Below, piece by piece: positions 44,095-53,438 of a stretch of DNA of 64,000 nucleotides (positions within the stretch are counted from its first letter, which is position 1; every line of letters starts with the position of its first letter). The stretch is taken from the IMG/VR virus record IMGVR_UViG_2934470325_000001, positions 44,623 to 108,622 of that record. The stretch is one strand, 5' to 3'. The translations under genes were made by a program, and so were the position numbers. The stretch comes from a virus. Its lineage: Duplodnaviria > Caudoviricetes. The notes below the pieces were generated by a model. That model was not told the DNA's origin. It saw only the letters and a list, made by a program, of their open reading frames with translations, and searched no databases.

Positions 44095-44414
44095 CAGGCG
44101 GCCTCGGCGTGGAACAGGGCGGCCGGGTGGGCGCGGTCGGGGCGCGGGGTGACCGCCTGCCACCGCCGGGCGGTCATGGTGGCGTGTACGTGGCTGCCGG
44201 CGAGGTCAACCATGCCGAGGTCGTCGGCGGCGTACACGAGGTCGTCGAGGCTGGCCCCGGTCATGGTGTCGATGTAGCCGTGGCGGGTGGTGTGGTGGAC
44301 TCGGCCGGTGTCGGCGAGGTTGAGCAGGTGGTGCAGGTCGGTGTCGTTCATGGCGGTCCTGTCGGGGTGGGGGCCCGCCCCGGTGGTGGGGCGGGCCGTC
44401 GTACGGGAGGTCAT
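44094..44414 (-). CDS. Hypothetical protein
   Basis: Coupled at both ends. Confidence 0.6.
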   Translation of the reverse strand: MTSRTTARPTTGAGPHPDRTAMNDTDLHHLLNLADTGRVHHTTRHGYIDTMTGASLDDLVYAADDLGMVDLAGSHVHATMTARRWQAVTPRPDRAHPAALFHAEAA

Positions 44415-45001
44415 GCGGCGTCGGCCCGCAGCACGCGGAGCCCGCCACGGCGCTTGACGGCGCGGCGCTCGTCCTCGGACATGCCACCCCAAACGCCGTC
44501 GTCAACCCCACCGCTAAGCGCCCACTGCAAGCACTGGTCAACGACAGGGCAGCGGCGGCAGACGGCCTTGGCCTGCTCGATCTGAGTGAGAGCCGGGCCG
44601 GACGTGCCGACGGCAAAGAACAACTCCGGGTCCTCGTCGCGGCAGATGCCACGGCTGTGGAAGTCGTCTTCGGCGGCGGGCCGGCGGATGCTCACGACGA
44701 CGCGGGGCTGTCCGGTCGGGTTGGCGGCAGGGGCCGTCGGGGCGGGCCGCACCGTCTCCGTGTTGCCGAGCGTGCCGCTGCCGCCCGGAGGGAGCCCCAG
44801 CATGTCCAGCACCTCAGCCCATGCGTGTGCGGCGGCGTGCTCGGCGTTGGGGTCGCCGTCGCGTGCCCCGAACTTGTCGGCGGCGATACCGGAGAGGACG
44901 TTGCGGGCGGCTTCCTGCTTGCGCTTCTGGTCGGCGGCGTCGGTGCCGGTGCCGCTGAGGCGGGTGGTGGCGAGCCCGCCGTCGATGCCGAGCGCGGCCA
45001 T
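44411..45001 (-). CDS. whiB: WhiB-family (WhiB1-like) Fe-S regulator with N-terminal extension
   Basis: CRDEDPELFF..AKAVCRRCPVVDQC..GVWGGMSEDERR. Confidence 0.93.
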   Translation of the reverse strand: MAALGIDGGLATTRLSGTGTDAADQKRKQEAARNVLSGIAADKFGARDGDPNAEHAAAHAWAEVLDMLGLPPGGSGTLGNTETVRPAPTAPAANPTGQPRVVVSIRRPAAEDDFHSRGICRDEDPELFFAVGTSGPALTQIEQAKAVCRRCPVVDQCLQWALSGGVDDGVWGGMSEDERRAVKRRGGLRVLRADAA

Positions 45002-45381
45002 CAGGCGTCCCGGCCGTTGGCGAGGTGGAGCAGGTGATCGGCGTGGCACGGCTGGCCGTCCGGGCACCAGCACGCGAGGTCCCGACCCGCAAGGTCACGG
45101 CGCAACTCGGCGAGGGTGTCGGCGTCGTACTCGTAGTTGCCCATCGGGCCGGTGTGCAGAATGAACAGTTCGACGGCGCGGCGGCGACCCCACGTCGGGT
45201 CGGTGGACTGGCCGATGAACCGGTCGCCTTCCCACACCTCCGACTTGGTGGCGGTAGCGACGGCGGTGAACGGGTTACCCCAGCGGGTGGGCCGTCCGAC
45301 GTACTTTGCGTTCTCGGGCATCCGCCATCCGACGGAACGCTTGCGCTGGATGCGCTTCGGCAGGGTGGTCGCGGCGGTCAC
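45001..45381 (-). CDS. DUF4326 protein
   Basis: YVGRPTRWGNPF..LAGRDLACWCP..CHAD. Confidence 0.9.
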   Translation of the reverse strand: MTAATTLPKRIQRKRSVGWRMPENAKYVGRPTRWGNPFTAVATATKSEVWEGDRFIGQSTDPTWGRRRAVELFILHTGPMGNYEYDADTLAELRRDLAGRDLACWCPDGQPCHADHLLHLANGRDA

Positions 45382-46340
45382 GCGGTCACCGCCACACGCT
45401 CGGCCGGGTACTCGCGGATCCGCAGATCAGCAGGCCAGTTGTCCCAGTTGCCGCCCTTCGGATCGGTACGGGCGACCGCCTGCCCACCCACATGCCAGTC
45501 CTGCGCCCACACCGAGCCGAGCTGCTTCACAAACACGGCCGTTCCTGCATTCTGAGCCTTGACGATCAGGTCGCGCACCCAGCCGAGGTTGAGCGGCCTG
45601 GAGCCGGAGCCGGACTCGCCGCCGAGGATCAGCCAGTCGATGCCGGTCAGGTCGAGCGACGGGAGCGGACCGATCAGCGGCTCGGCGGAGATGAACCGGA
45701 CGGCGGCGGGGGTGTTGCGGAGGGCGTCGGCGCGGCTGGCGTACTTGTCCAGCTCGATGGACGTGCCCAGCCACACGTTCGGCAGGGGCAGCAGTTCGTC
45801 TTTCCAACTCTCGGCGAGGCGGCCCGTCTTGGGCGTGAGGCCGGGCACGTACGTCGGGCTGTGCGAGGTCGCCGCCCACTCCATCGACGACTTGAGGTGG
45901 ACGCCGGGCCGGTGTCCACCGCCGCAGTCGCACAGGTCCGTCAGCATCCGAGCCATTCGCTCCGGCCGCTTGGTGAGGATCTGGTAGGTGTGCTGCGGGG
46001 TGGCGGCCATGACGGCGAAGACGCGGGCGACGAACTCGCGGGGCACCCGGGCGTGGAACAGGTCCGACATCGAGTTGACGAACACCGTTCGGGGCTTGCG
46101 CCAGGCGAGCGGCAGCCGCAGCGCGTCGGCGTGCACGGCCAGCCCGAAGCCGGGGCCGGAGGTGCGCGGGTCGCCGTCGGTCTGGTACTTCGCCGACCCC
46201 ATGCCCTTGAGCCGCTTGGCGAGGGTGAGGGCGTAGCAGTTGTCGCAGCCGGCGGAGATCTTGTCGCATCCGGTAGTGGGATTCCAGACAGCGCCGGTGG
46301 TGCCGGGGCGCTGCGTCCACTCGATGTTGGTGTCAGCCAT
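45378..46340 (-). CDS. DUF5131 (Gp37/Gp68) radical-SAM-like protein
   Basis: IEWT..WNPTTGCDKISAGCDNCYA, FVNSMSDLFH, LTKRP, SAEPL, GGESG, FVKQLG. Confidence 0.92.
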   Translation of the reverse strand: MADTNIEWTQRPGTTGAVWNPTTGCDKISAGCDNCYALTLAKRLKGMGSAKYQTDGDPRTSGPGFGLAVHADALRLPLAWRKPRTVFVNSMSDLFHARVPREFVARVFAVMAATPQHTYQILTKRPERMARMLTDLCDCGGGHRPGVHLKSSMEWAATSHSPTYVPGLTPKTGRLAESWKDELLPLPNVWLGTSIELDKYASRADALRNTPAAVRFISAEPLIGPLPSLDLTGIDWLILGGESGSGSRPLNLGWVRDLIVKAQNAGTAVFVKQLGSVWAQDWHVGGQAVARTDPKGGNWDNWPADLRIREYPAERVAVTA

Positions 46341-46536
46341 GGTGGGCCTCCTGCGGGGTGGTGTGGTTGAGGGTGGTGATCTGGACGGCGACAGCGAGGG
46401 CAGCCGACAGATCCAAGGCGTCCAGCGGGTCGAAGCGGCGACCGTTGAGGTAGACCCAGCCGTCGGTGACGGTGACGGTGTCTCCGCGCTGGCCGACGAA
46501 CGGCAGGCGTGTGCGGGTCAGAGTCCGCTCAGCCAC
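46333..46536 (-). CDS. Hypothetical protein
   Basis: Small overlapping ORF. Confidence 0.6.
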   Translation of the reverse strand: MAERTLTRTRLPFVGQRGDTVTVTDGWVYLNGRRFDPLDALDLSAALAVAVQITTLNHTTPQEAHHG

Positions 46537-47041
46537 GCCGCACCGCAGACAGGTCAGTGATCGTCACCGTCAGGCCGCCGTACTTCGAGTCCAGCCGTCG
46601 GGCAGTCAGCAGATCCACACCGGCGATCACGTCACGCCACAGCGGGCCGATCGCCAGAGACGTGGACTCCAAGAACTCGGGGGTGTCGTTGGGAATCAAC
46701 GTCCAGCCGGGGGCCGCCGCACCCTTCGGCTTCTTCGCAGTGGGTGCCTGCACGAACGGCGGCCCGAACGCGTCGATGACGGGCTTGGCGGTGTCGGCGT
46801 AGTTGAGGGCGTCCCGGTGGTGGTTGGTTTGGAAGTGGAAGACAAATCCGAGGCGGATGCGGGCGAGGTTGCGGGGGAGCCGGTGGAGTTGCGCGGCTTC
46901 GTAGCCGGCTTTCCGCCATGCGGCGCGGTTGGCGGAGCTGGCGCGGGGGCCGTGCCGGTGGGAGTCGTTGGCGGACCACAGGGCGACGGGGGCGGGGATG
47001 AGTAGCGTCCACGTGCGGACGTCGGTCGCGGTCATGGTCAT
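46529..47041 (-). CDS. RusA-like Holliday junction resolvase
   Basis: SAN..W..RDALNYADTAKPVIDA..IPNDT. Confidence 0.75.
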   Translation of the reverse strand: MTMTATDVRTWTLLIPAPVALWSANDSHRHGPRASSANRAAWRKAGYEAAQLHRLPRNLARIRLGFVFHFQTNHHRDALNYADTAKPVIDAFGPPFVQAPTAKKPKGAAAPGWTLIPNDTPEFLESTSLAIGPLWRDVIAGVDLLTARRLDSKYGGLTVTITDLSAVRRG

Positions 47042-47538
47042 CGGGCCGCCGCCTCGGCCATCTCGTAGCGGACCCGCTCGACCGTGGAATCGGTCGGCGT
47101 CCACAACCCGAGGGCACCCCGGGCGGGAACCGGATTCCGCAACCGTCGCACGTTCGCCAACACCAGGTGCTTCGCCGTGCGGATCCCGTGGAGACGCTGC
47201 CCCCACGGTTCGCAGCAGGTGCCCGGCTCCCCGGTGAGGGTGGGGATGGTGTCGGCGTCGTGCACATCCACCAGGTCGGCGACCGCGATGATGACGCCGA
47301 GGGTGAAGTCGGCGGCTATGTAGTCGATGACCTTGTCGGTGAAGTCGGTGCGACCCCACAGGGCCTGGCGGACGAGGTTGTTGTTGCAGGCGGGCAGGTC
47401 GACCCGCTGGCTGGTGTGGATGAAGACCGGGCCTCGGTAGGCGGTACCGGACGCGCGATTCTCAACGGTCTTCGCGCCGGTGGCGATCGCCGATGCCCAG
47501 GGCTCGCGGATGGTGATGGCGCGGACGACGGCGGTCAT
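47038..47538 (-). CDS. ASCH-domain protein
   Basis: ITIREPWASAIATGAKTVENR..YRGPVFIH..ARGALGLW. Confidence 0.9.
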   Translation of the reverse strand: MTAVVRAITIREPWASAIATGAKTVENRASGTAYRGPVFIHTSQRVDLPACNNNLVRQALWGRTDFTDKVIDYIAADFTLGVIIAVADLVDVHDADTIPTLTGEPGTCCEPWGQRLHGIRTAKHLVLANVRRLRNPVPARGALGLWTPTDSTVERVRYEMAEAAAR

Positions 47539-47792
47539 CGCGGGCTTCCCTTCAGGATTCGCCGCTGGGCGCGGTTCGTGTGGGTGACGGTTCCCCTCCG
47601 GGCCTGCCGGTTGGGCGGCTGCCCGTGGTCGAATCCAGCGGTGCAGTTGGTCGGGCCGTCGGCGTCCCAGGCGAGATGCTTGCGGGTGTCGCAGTGGTGT
47701 CCGTCGTGGCCGTTGCGGCGGGTGCACTCGGCGAGGGTGGGGAAGTCCTCGTCGTTGGAGGCGAGGCAGAAGACGGCGATCGTGTCGGTCAT
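47535..47792 (-). CDS. Small Cys/His protein
   Basis: CTRRNGHDGHH motif; coupled. Confidence 0.6.
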   Translation of the reverse strand: MTDTIAVFCLASNDEDFPTLAECTRRNGHDGHHCDTRKHLAWDADGPTNCTAGFDHGQPPNRQARRGTVTHTNRAQRRILKGSPR

Positions 47793-48019
47793 CGGCCCGC
47801 CTCCCGAACGTCGAAGCGCAACACAACCTCGCCGTCGCCCGCGTACACCCGCAGCCAGCCACCGTCGTTCGGGGCCGCATCCTCGGGCAGGCCGTGCACC
47901 CGCCGGTACGTGGCGAGCGCAGCAGCCCATGCCTTGTCGAACTCGTCGGCGACGCAGCCGTTGGGGACGGCCCATTCGTAGGTGCGGGTGGTGTACTCGC
48001 GGGCGTCGTAGATGGCCAT
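47789..48019 (-). CDS. Hypothetical protein
   Basis: Coupled ORF. Confidence 0.65.
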   Translation of the reverse strand: MAIYDAREYTTRTYEWAVPNGCVADEFDKAWAAALATYRRVHGLPEDAAPNDGGWLRVYAGDGEVVLRFDVREAGR

Positions 48020-48342
48020 CAGGCGTCCACCGCCGCCGGCTGTCCGGTCTCGTCCATGTACGCCTGAGCGAGGCTGCGCAGGGCGTTGCGGGCTGCCGCG
48101 CACTGCTCGTACAGGCGGTCACGCTGGGCGGCAACCTCGGCGACCTCGCCACCGAGAAACGCAACCACCTGGGCGGTGTCGGCGTCGTCGAGCACGACGG
48201 AAACGCCGTCGTTGCCGCCGGGTGGGGCGATCCACGCCGACAGGCTGCCGGTGTCGGTGCGCTCCACGTTGAGGGTCGCCCCGGCCTTGTCGGCGATGGT
48301 GAGGGCGGTGAACGTGTCACCGTTCACGAGGTGGGCGGTCAC
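48019..48342 (-). CDS. Hypothetical protein
   Basis: Coupled ORF. Confidence 0.65.
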   Translation of the reverse strand: MTAHLVNGDTFTALTIADKAGATLNVERTDTGSLSAWIAPPGGNDGVSVVLDDADTAQVVAFLGGEVAEVAAQRDRLYEQCAAARNALRSLAQAYMDETGQPAAVDA

Positions 48343-48758
48343 GCCGCCACCTCCGCCCGGTAGACGCCGTCGGCCGGCACGCCCTGCTTGATCTGCTCCC
48401 AGTCGACCGCCGGCATCCCGGCGCGCTCCGCAAGGCCAGTGGCGAAGATGCGGATCATCTCCGCCCGGCCGTTGTTCTTCGCGTAGTCGACGTCGCTGCC
48501 CGCCGCGCGTGCGGCCACGATCGCCTGCCGGTACTCGTCGGGGGCGAGCGCCAGCATGTGAAGCACCGCCGTCTCGATCAAGGCGAGCCGGTCCCGGTCG
48601 GCGAGGATGCGCTGTGCGTTGCGGAGCGCGTTCTCGCCGTAGGTGGCACGCCACTGCTCCAGCTCGGCGCGCATCTCGTCCGCGTCGAAGTTGTGGAGTC
48701 CCTGCGCGGTGGGGTGGATGGTGCAGTCGCCGCCGTGGGTGCAGTTGCTGGTGGTCAC
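48339..48758 (-). CDS. Hypothetical protein
   Basis: Coupled ORF. Confidence 0.65.
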   Translation of the reverse strand: MTTSNCTHGGDCTIHPTAQGLHNFDADEMRAELEQWRATYGENALRNAQRILADRDRLALIETAVLHMLALAPDEYRQAIVAARAAGSDVDYAKNNGRAEMIRIFATGLAERAGMPAVDWEQIKQGVPADGVYRAEVAA

Positions 48759-49120
48759 GCGGTCACCCCCGCCGCGTCGGACCCGGTGATCCGCGCCGCA
48801 TCGTTGAACTCGGCAGCCCCACCAAACCGGACACCGATCCACTGGTCGTGCGTCGAACCGTCCTCGTACCGCTGGTCGAACAGGGCAACGAACCGGGCCC
48901 GATAGTCGTCGCCGTCGTCGCTGGTGTCCCATCCCTCCTTTGATCCGTCGGGCAGAAAGACGTACGACAGGTAGCCGTTCGTGATGGACCGCACCGGGCC
49001 GATGACAAGTGGCTGAAACTCGGGCGGCAGAGACGCCCGGAACGCGTCAATGTCGGGGAGCCCGCCGGGACGGCAGTCCGAGGTGGTGACGATGATGGCG
49101 TCGTGCGCGATGTAGCCCAT
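48755..49120 (-). CDS. Hypothetical protein
   Basis: RBS AGGAGG; PDGSKEGWDTSD motif. Confidence 0.7.
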   Translation of the reverse strand: MGYIAHDAIIVTTSDCRPGGLPDIDAFRASLPPEFQPLVIGPVRSITNGYLSYVFLPDGSKEGWDTSDDGDDYRARFVALFDQRYEDGSTHDQWIGVRFGGAAEFNDAARITGSDAAGVTA

Positions 49121-49122
49121 GG

Positions 49123-49680
49123 TCAGATCGCCTCCTGGTAGGTGAGGTCACGGTTGGGGGTGTGGTTGTTGAATGCGCCGTCGACGGTGAGCAGCACCCA
49201 GCCGTGAGCGGCGTGAAGAACAGGCATCGCAGCCGGGTCGTCGGCCTGGCGGATCGCCCACCCGAACTCGCGAGCCTCCGCCCGGTGCCGCTCGACGTGG
49301 TGGTGGCAGCCGGTCGTTGCGGACCCGCACAGCACGATCAGGTTGTGGGCTTGGTTCGTGTCCGAGCGCGTGGTTCCGCCAGCGCCACGGGCACGCCGGT
49401 GCTGCACCGAGAAGTCCAGGCCGCGAACGCCGGTGAGGACGCCCCCGCAGCGCACGCACCGGCCGCCGTCCCGCTGCCACGCCAGGGCGACCGTCGCCGC
49501 AGTCGGGCCGGTGTCGCCGGGCCGGCGCTTGGGTGCGGGTGCCGCCAGGCGCGGCGACATGCCACGCCCGACGGCGGCCCCGTTGGTGAGGGTTGAGAAC
49601 GGGTTCGGGTTGCCCTGCTCGGCGAACGCGGCGCGGCGCTTAGCCGACATCCGGGCGATGGGGGTGCGGCGCTCCATCAC
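49123..49680 (-). CDS. HNH endonuclease
   Basis: RDGGRCVRCG..HRRARGAGG..NLIVLCG..GCHHHVE. Confidence 0.85.
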   Translation of the reverse strand: MMERRTPIARMSAKRRAAFAEQGNPNPFSTLTNGAAVGRGMSPRLAAPAPKRRPGDTGPTAATVALAWQRDGGRCVRCGGVLTGVRGLDFSVQHRRARGAGGTTRSDTNQAHNLIVLCGSATTGCHHHVERHRAEAREFGWAIRQADDPAAMPVLHAAHGWVLLTVDGAFNNHTPNRDLTYQEAI

Positions 49681-50030
49681 CGCTCCCCAACCCCAGCCAC
49701 CGCGAACATCGCCCGCATCGACGCCCCCACCGACTGGAGCGCACGCAGCTCGTTCTCCAACGCCTTTGCCTGACGGTCCGCGTAGCGGTAGGCGGCGTCC
49801 GCGACATCCCGCGCCTCACGCTCGGCACCCGTCGCCAACTCCGCCGCGTACTTACGTTCGTGGGCAGCCCCTGGGTACGCCATGTAGGCGCGGGCAAACG
49901 CGGCGTCGTAGGCGCGGTCAGCGGCGAGGAACAGCCGGTACCGCTCGTCGCACACAGCGACGCCCTTGCCGATCCGGTTGGACACCTCACGGATCGCGTC
50001 TTCCACAGCGACCGGGTTTACGACAGTCAC
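49677..50030 (-). CDS. Helical hypothetical protein
   Basis: NPVAVEDAIRE..LRALQSVGASMR; coupled. Confidence 0.7.
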   Translation of the reverse strand: MTVVNPVAVEDAIREVSNRIGKGVAVCDERYRLFLAADRAYDAAFARAYMAYPGAAHERKYAAELATGAEREARDVADAAYRYADRQAKALENELRALQSVGASMRAMFAVAGVGER

Positions 50031-50908
50031 CGGGCACCACCGAACGGGCGGATCGGCCACTCGACGCTCACACCGTCGGCGCGCGCACGCAGGTCGGCGG
50101 CGTCCTGCGTGAGCGTGGCCCGCTCCGCGTCGTCCCCGGCACGCCCAGCCCGGTACTCCAGCTCGTTGGCCTGCCGCAGCCAGTAGGCAGCCAGCCCTTT
50201 CGCCTGCTCCGCATACCAGCCCACCTGGGCGTCGTGCAGCTCAGCGAGCGTCAGCTTCCCGAACTCCTGAAACCCGCGCACGATCCGCTCCGGGTACCGG
50301 CGGTCCCGGTAGATGTCGGCCACGCTCATGGCGTGCGACGTGGCCTGCTGGGCGCGCTGACCCAACCGGTACGCCACCCGGGCCGCAGCCAACGCGTCAG
50401 CCGTGCAGTCGTGGGCGTTGTCGATCAGCGCCCCGTAGGTGGCGCACAGGTCGGTCAGCTTCCGCTTGCCCGGCCGGTACCGGTCGAGAGCCTTGTCGAT
50501 GACCATCGGATCGATGACCGGGCTGAGCGTGGCACCGTTCAGACGGTCGGTGACGGTCGGCAGGCCGTGCCGGCGGGCTTCCCGGTCCAGCAGCGTCAGG
50601 TCGTAGGGGGCGTTCGCCACGACCAGCGGCACGCCGGCCGTGACCGCTCCGGCCAGGGCGTTGACGATCCACGCCACCTCGGCGGCCGGCGGCTTACCTT
50701 CGGCCTGCACCCGTTCGGTCGTCCAGCCGTGCACCTCGGCGGCGGCGTCGGGCACGTCCACGCCGGGGTTGATGACCGTGGAACGGATCTGCGGCGCGGC
50801 ACCCGGTTCGATCATGACGACGGCGGCGGTGACGATCCGGTCCGCCTCGACGTCCACGCCGGTCGTCTCGCAGTCGTAGGCCAGCATCGGGCCGAGATGC
50901 CAACTCAT
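50027..50908 (-). CDS. DnaQ-like (DEDDh) 3'-5' exonuclease
   Basis: DCETTG, NAPYD and AHDCTADA motifs. Confidence 0.93.
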   Translation of the reverse strand: MSWHLGPMLAYDCETTGVDVEADRIVTAAVVMIEPGAAPQIRSTVINPGVDVPDAAAEVHGWTTERVQAEGKPPAAEVAWIVNALAGAVTAGVPLVVANAPYDLTLLDREARRHGLPTVTDRLNGATLSPVIDPMVIDKALDRYRPGKRKLTDLCATYGALIDNAHDCTADALAAARVAYRLGQRAQQATSHAMSVADIYRDRRYPERIVRGFQEFGKLTLAELHDAQVGWYAEQAKGLAAYWLRQANELEYRAGRAGDDAERATLTQDAADLRARADGVSVEWPIRPFGGAR

Positions 50909-52080
50909 GCGATGGATCCCTTCTCGACCTCGACGAGGAACGCCTCCATGTCGAAGCCGTTCATCTCGTCGGACACCTTCTTGAACCGGCTGTAGATGCG
51001 CTCCTCAAGAGCCGCTGAGTTCCACTTCCGCTTCCCGGCGGCACCCTGGATTTGCACCCACAGGGCGTCCTTGTCCGGCTCGATCTCCGCGTCAACCGGC
51101 TCGCCCTGCGAGTCCGACGCGGAGACAGTCGGCGCGGCAGGATTCGCGGGATCCGACTGGGCGGCAGGGGCAAGATCCTTTGCCCGCCCCTCCAACACCT
51201 TCTTCGTCGCGTCGGTCAACGCACCGTCCCGAGCGGCGTCCTTCCAGAGGGCCTGCAACTGGGGAATGGTCTTGACCATGCCGGCCAGCCGCACCACCTC
51301 CGACTCGGTCAGCTTCTCCGAGTCCTGCGGCGTCTCCGGCGCGGCACCGATCGCGGCAAGATGCTGGGCGACCATCGCCTGCCGGGCGGCGTGGGCGATC
51401 TGCCCGCCGAACGCCTGCGCGGGAGTGACGAACTCGAAGTGCAGCACCGGCACCATGAACGTCCGCGACTCGATCTGCTCGTTCTGCGGCCGGTTCGGGT
51501 GGAACAGCTTCTTCTCCCGCAACTGCAACTCCAGGCGGGCGGGGATCGGCTGGGCGGCGGCAGCAATCGACTCGGCGAGCATCGGCAGTTCGGCGGCGGC
51601 ATTCCAGCCGTGGCTCTCAAGCTTCCAGGTGCCCAGCGACGGCACGTCGGCGAGCATCAGCGACATGCGGGTGGTCGGCTTGCACGCCTCGGCCGGCTTC
51701 AACTCCCGTCCGGCGGCGCGGGCGGCGGCACACAGGCACGCCTGCTGGCGGATCCGCTCGGTTTCCCCGTCGCACATGCGGCTGCGGAAGCCGTTGCCCC
51801 ACAGTTCGTAGTTCGGGTCGATCTGCTGCGGCGGCACCAGCACCGGAATGTTCTTCGCCTGGGTGACCACCTCGAACTGGGGTCCGGTGTTGTGCTGCCA
51901 CGGCTTCACCGCACCCCCGTACAGGGAGGCGACGGCCTCGATGAGGGTCTGTGAAGGGGAGGTGAAGCGGAGAGTTTCCAGCTTGGCCGGGTAGTTTTTA
52001 CCGCGCTGGGAGACGCGCTGCTCGCCGAGGCGGATGACACCAACCTGGGTGAGGCGACGCTGCAAGGTCTTGATGGGCAT
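50905..52080 (-). CDS. phiC31 gp3-like recombination directionality factor / recombination protein
   Basis: GVIRLG..PAKLETLRFTS..ELW..CDGE..CKPTTRMSLML..LGTWKLESHGWNAAAEL. Confidence 0.7.
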   Translation of the reverse strand: MPIKTLQRRLTQVGVIRLGEQRVSQRGKNYPAKLETLRFTSPSQTLIEAVASLYGGAVKPWQHNTGPQFEVVTQAKNIPVLVPPQQIDPNYELWGNGFRSRMCDGETERIRQQACLCAAARAAGRELKPAEACKPTTRMSLMLADVPSLGTWKLESHGWNAAAELPMLAESIAAAAQPIPARLELQLREKKLFHPNRPQNEQIESRTFMVPVLHFEFVTPAQAFGGQIAHAARQAMVAQHLAAIGAAPETPQDSEKLTESEVVRLAGMVKTIPQLQALWKDAARDGALTDATKKVLEGRAKDLAPAAQSDPANPAAPTVSASDSQGEPVDAEIEPDKDALWVQIQGAAGKRKWNSAALEERIYSRFKKVSDEMNGFDMEAFLVEVEKGSIA

Positions 52081-52098
52081 GGAAGTCTCCTCGGAAGA

Positions 52099-53133
52099 TC
52101 AGGCGGCGGCGGGGGCCGGCTCGGCGGCGGACTGCTTGGCGGCCTTCCGCGCGCGGGCGGCGACGGTCTCGGGCAGCACGAACGTGTGCGACGACACGGC
52201 AGCCGGCCCCTCTTCGATCAGCCACTTCGTGAGGCCGAGCGCGTACAGGAATCCCCGCCGGTAGGTGCGTTCGGTGGTTACCGCCAAGCGGGGCGTGACC
52301 CCGTCGGGGCGAAGCTGGATGAGCATTCCGCCGTCGGTCGGCAGCATGGGGTGGTCAACGTCGTCGCCCTTGATCCGGATGACGGGGGCGTGCCGGTAGC
52401 CGGTCAACTGCAATGCCTGCTCCGGGTAGAACTTCGGCCCCTCACCCTCGCGGGTTTTGAAGTCGACCAGCAGATCCACGGTGAGCCCGAGTTTCACGGC
52501 GCGCTTGGCCTGAATCTGCGTCACCCGCGACACCAGCTTCGCGGCGGCCGGGGTGGCGTCGGCGCGGAACCGGATCACCCCATCGGTCGTCCCTGCATAC
52601 CCGGCACCCTTGTTGATGACGAGAGCTTCGGATGCGAGGAACGAGTCGGGGGTCAGCCCGTACTCGGCGACGAACGCCTCGAACGCCTTCACGTAGGGGG
52701 CGATGTCGGCGTCGTAGGGCTTGATCTGGCCGTGGTACGACCACCATTCGATGACGTCATGGGTGCGGGTGCCTTCGTCGGCGCGGCGAGCGGAGTGCTC
52801 GATGTGCCGTTCGGACAGCCACCGGGCGATGCACGCTTTGCATTCGTGGCAGGCGCAGTTGTCGCAGCGGGTGGTGTTGTCGTGGTCGCAGCGGCGGCCG
52901 GTGTTCCCGCACGGCTTGGTGCGGGAGGCGATGACGATGGAGGGGAGTTCGGCGAACACGGCGGCTACGGCCTGGTTCGCGGCGTACCGGAGGAGAGCGT
53001 CTTTGGCGATGACTCCGGTGACGGTGGTGCAGGACAGCAGTCGGGCGTCGCCGATGAGGTAGTAGCGCCGGTCGTCGACTTCTTCGACGCCGTGGAAGGT
53101 CGGCGAGATGCGCCGATCGACGGTGATGGTCAT
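52099..53133 (-). CDS. PD-(D/E)XK (Cas4/RecB-like) exonuclease with Cys insert
   Basis: GTRTH, YAGTTD, VDFKT and QLTGY motifs. Confidence 0.85.
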   Translation of the reverse strand: MTITVDRRISPTFHGVEEVDDRRYYLIGDARLLSCTTVTGVIAKDALLRYAANQAVAAVFAELPSIVIASRTKPCGNTGRRCDHDNTTRCDNCACHECKACIARWLSERHIEHSARRADEGTRTHDVIEWWSYHGQIKPYDADIAPYVKAFEAFVAEYGLTPDSFLASEALVINKGAGYAGTTDGVIRFRADATPAAAKLVSRVTQIQAKRAVKLGLTVDLLVDFKTREGEGPKFYPEQALQLTGYRHAPVIRIKGDDVDHPMLPTDGGMLIQLRPDGVTPRLAVTTERTYRRGFLYALGLTKWLIEEGPAAVSSHTFVLPETVAARARKAAKQSAAEPAPAAA

Positions 53134-53438
53134 CAGATCCACGCCCATTCGCGGGCCGTCTTCATCGACACCACTTCCGCCGTCGGCGGCGAATCAGGCC
53201 GGTGCTCGTGCTTCTCGCGGCACCACGGGTCGCAGCCGTCGGCGGGGCGGCGGAACAGCCACGCCCGGCCGTCAGCCGACAGGTTGAGATAGCCCCTGGT
53301 CTGCCGGTGCTTGTACTTCTCGATGACGGTGCCGTCGTCGGCGGTGGTGCGGTGCATCCACATCCAGTCGCTTCGCTCGTCGGCGGGGATGACTGCTTCG
53401 AGGGGTGCCCAGTTCGGGTTGTCGATGTCAGTCATCAC
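53133..53438 (-). CDS. Hypothetical protein
   Basis: WMWM..YKHRQTRGYLNL motif; coupled. Confidence 0.7.
   Translation of the reverse strand: MMTDIDNPNWAPLEAVIPADERSDWMWMHRTTADDGTVIEKYKHRQTRGYLNLSADGRAWLFRRPADGCDPWCREKHEHRPDSPPTAEVVSMKTAREWAWI

Noticed and set aside
52099-53133. Cas4-like gene as part of a CRISPR system
   Set aside because: Stand-alone PD-(D/E)XK exonuclease in a recombination module, with no array or other cas genes
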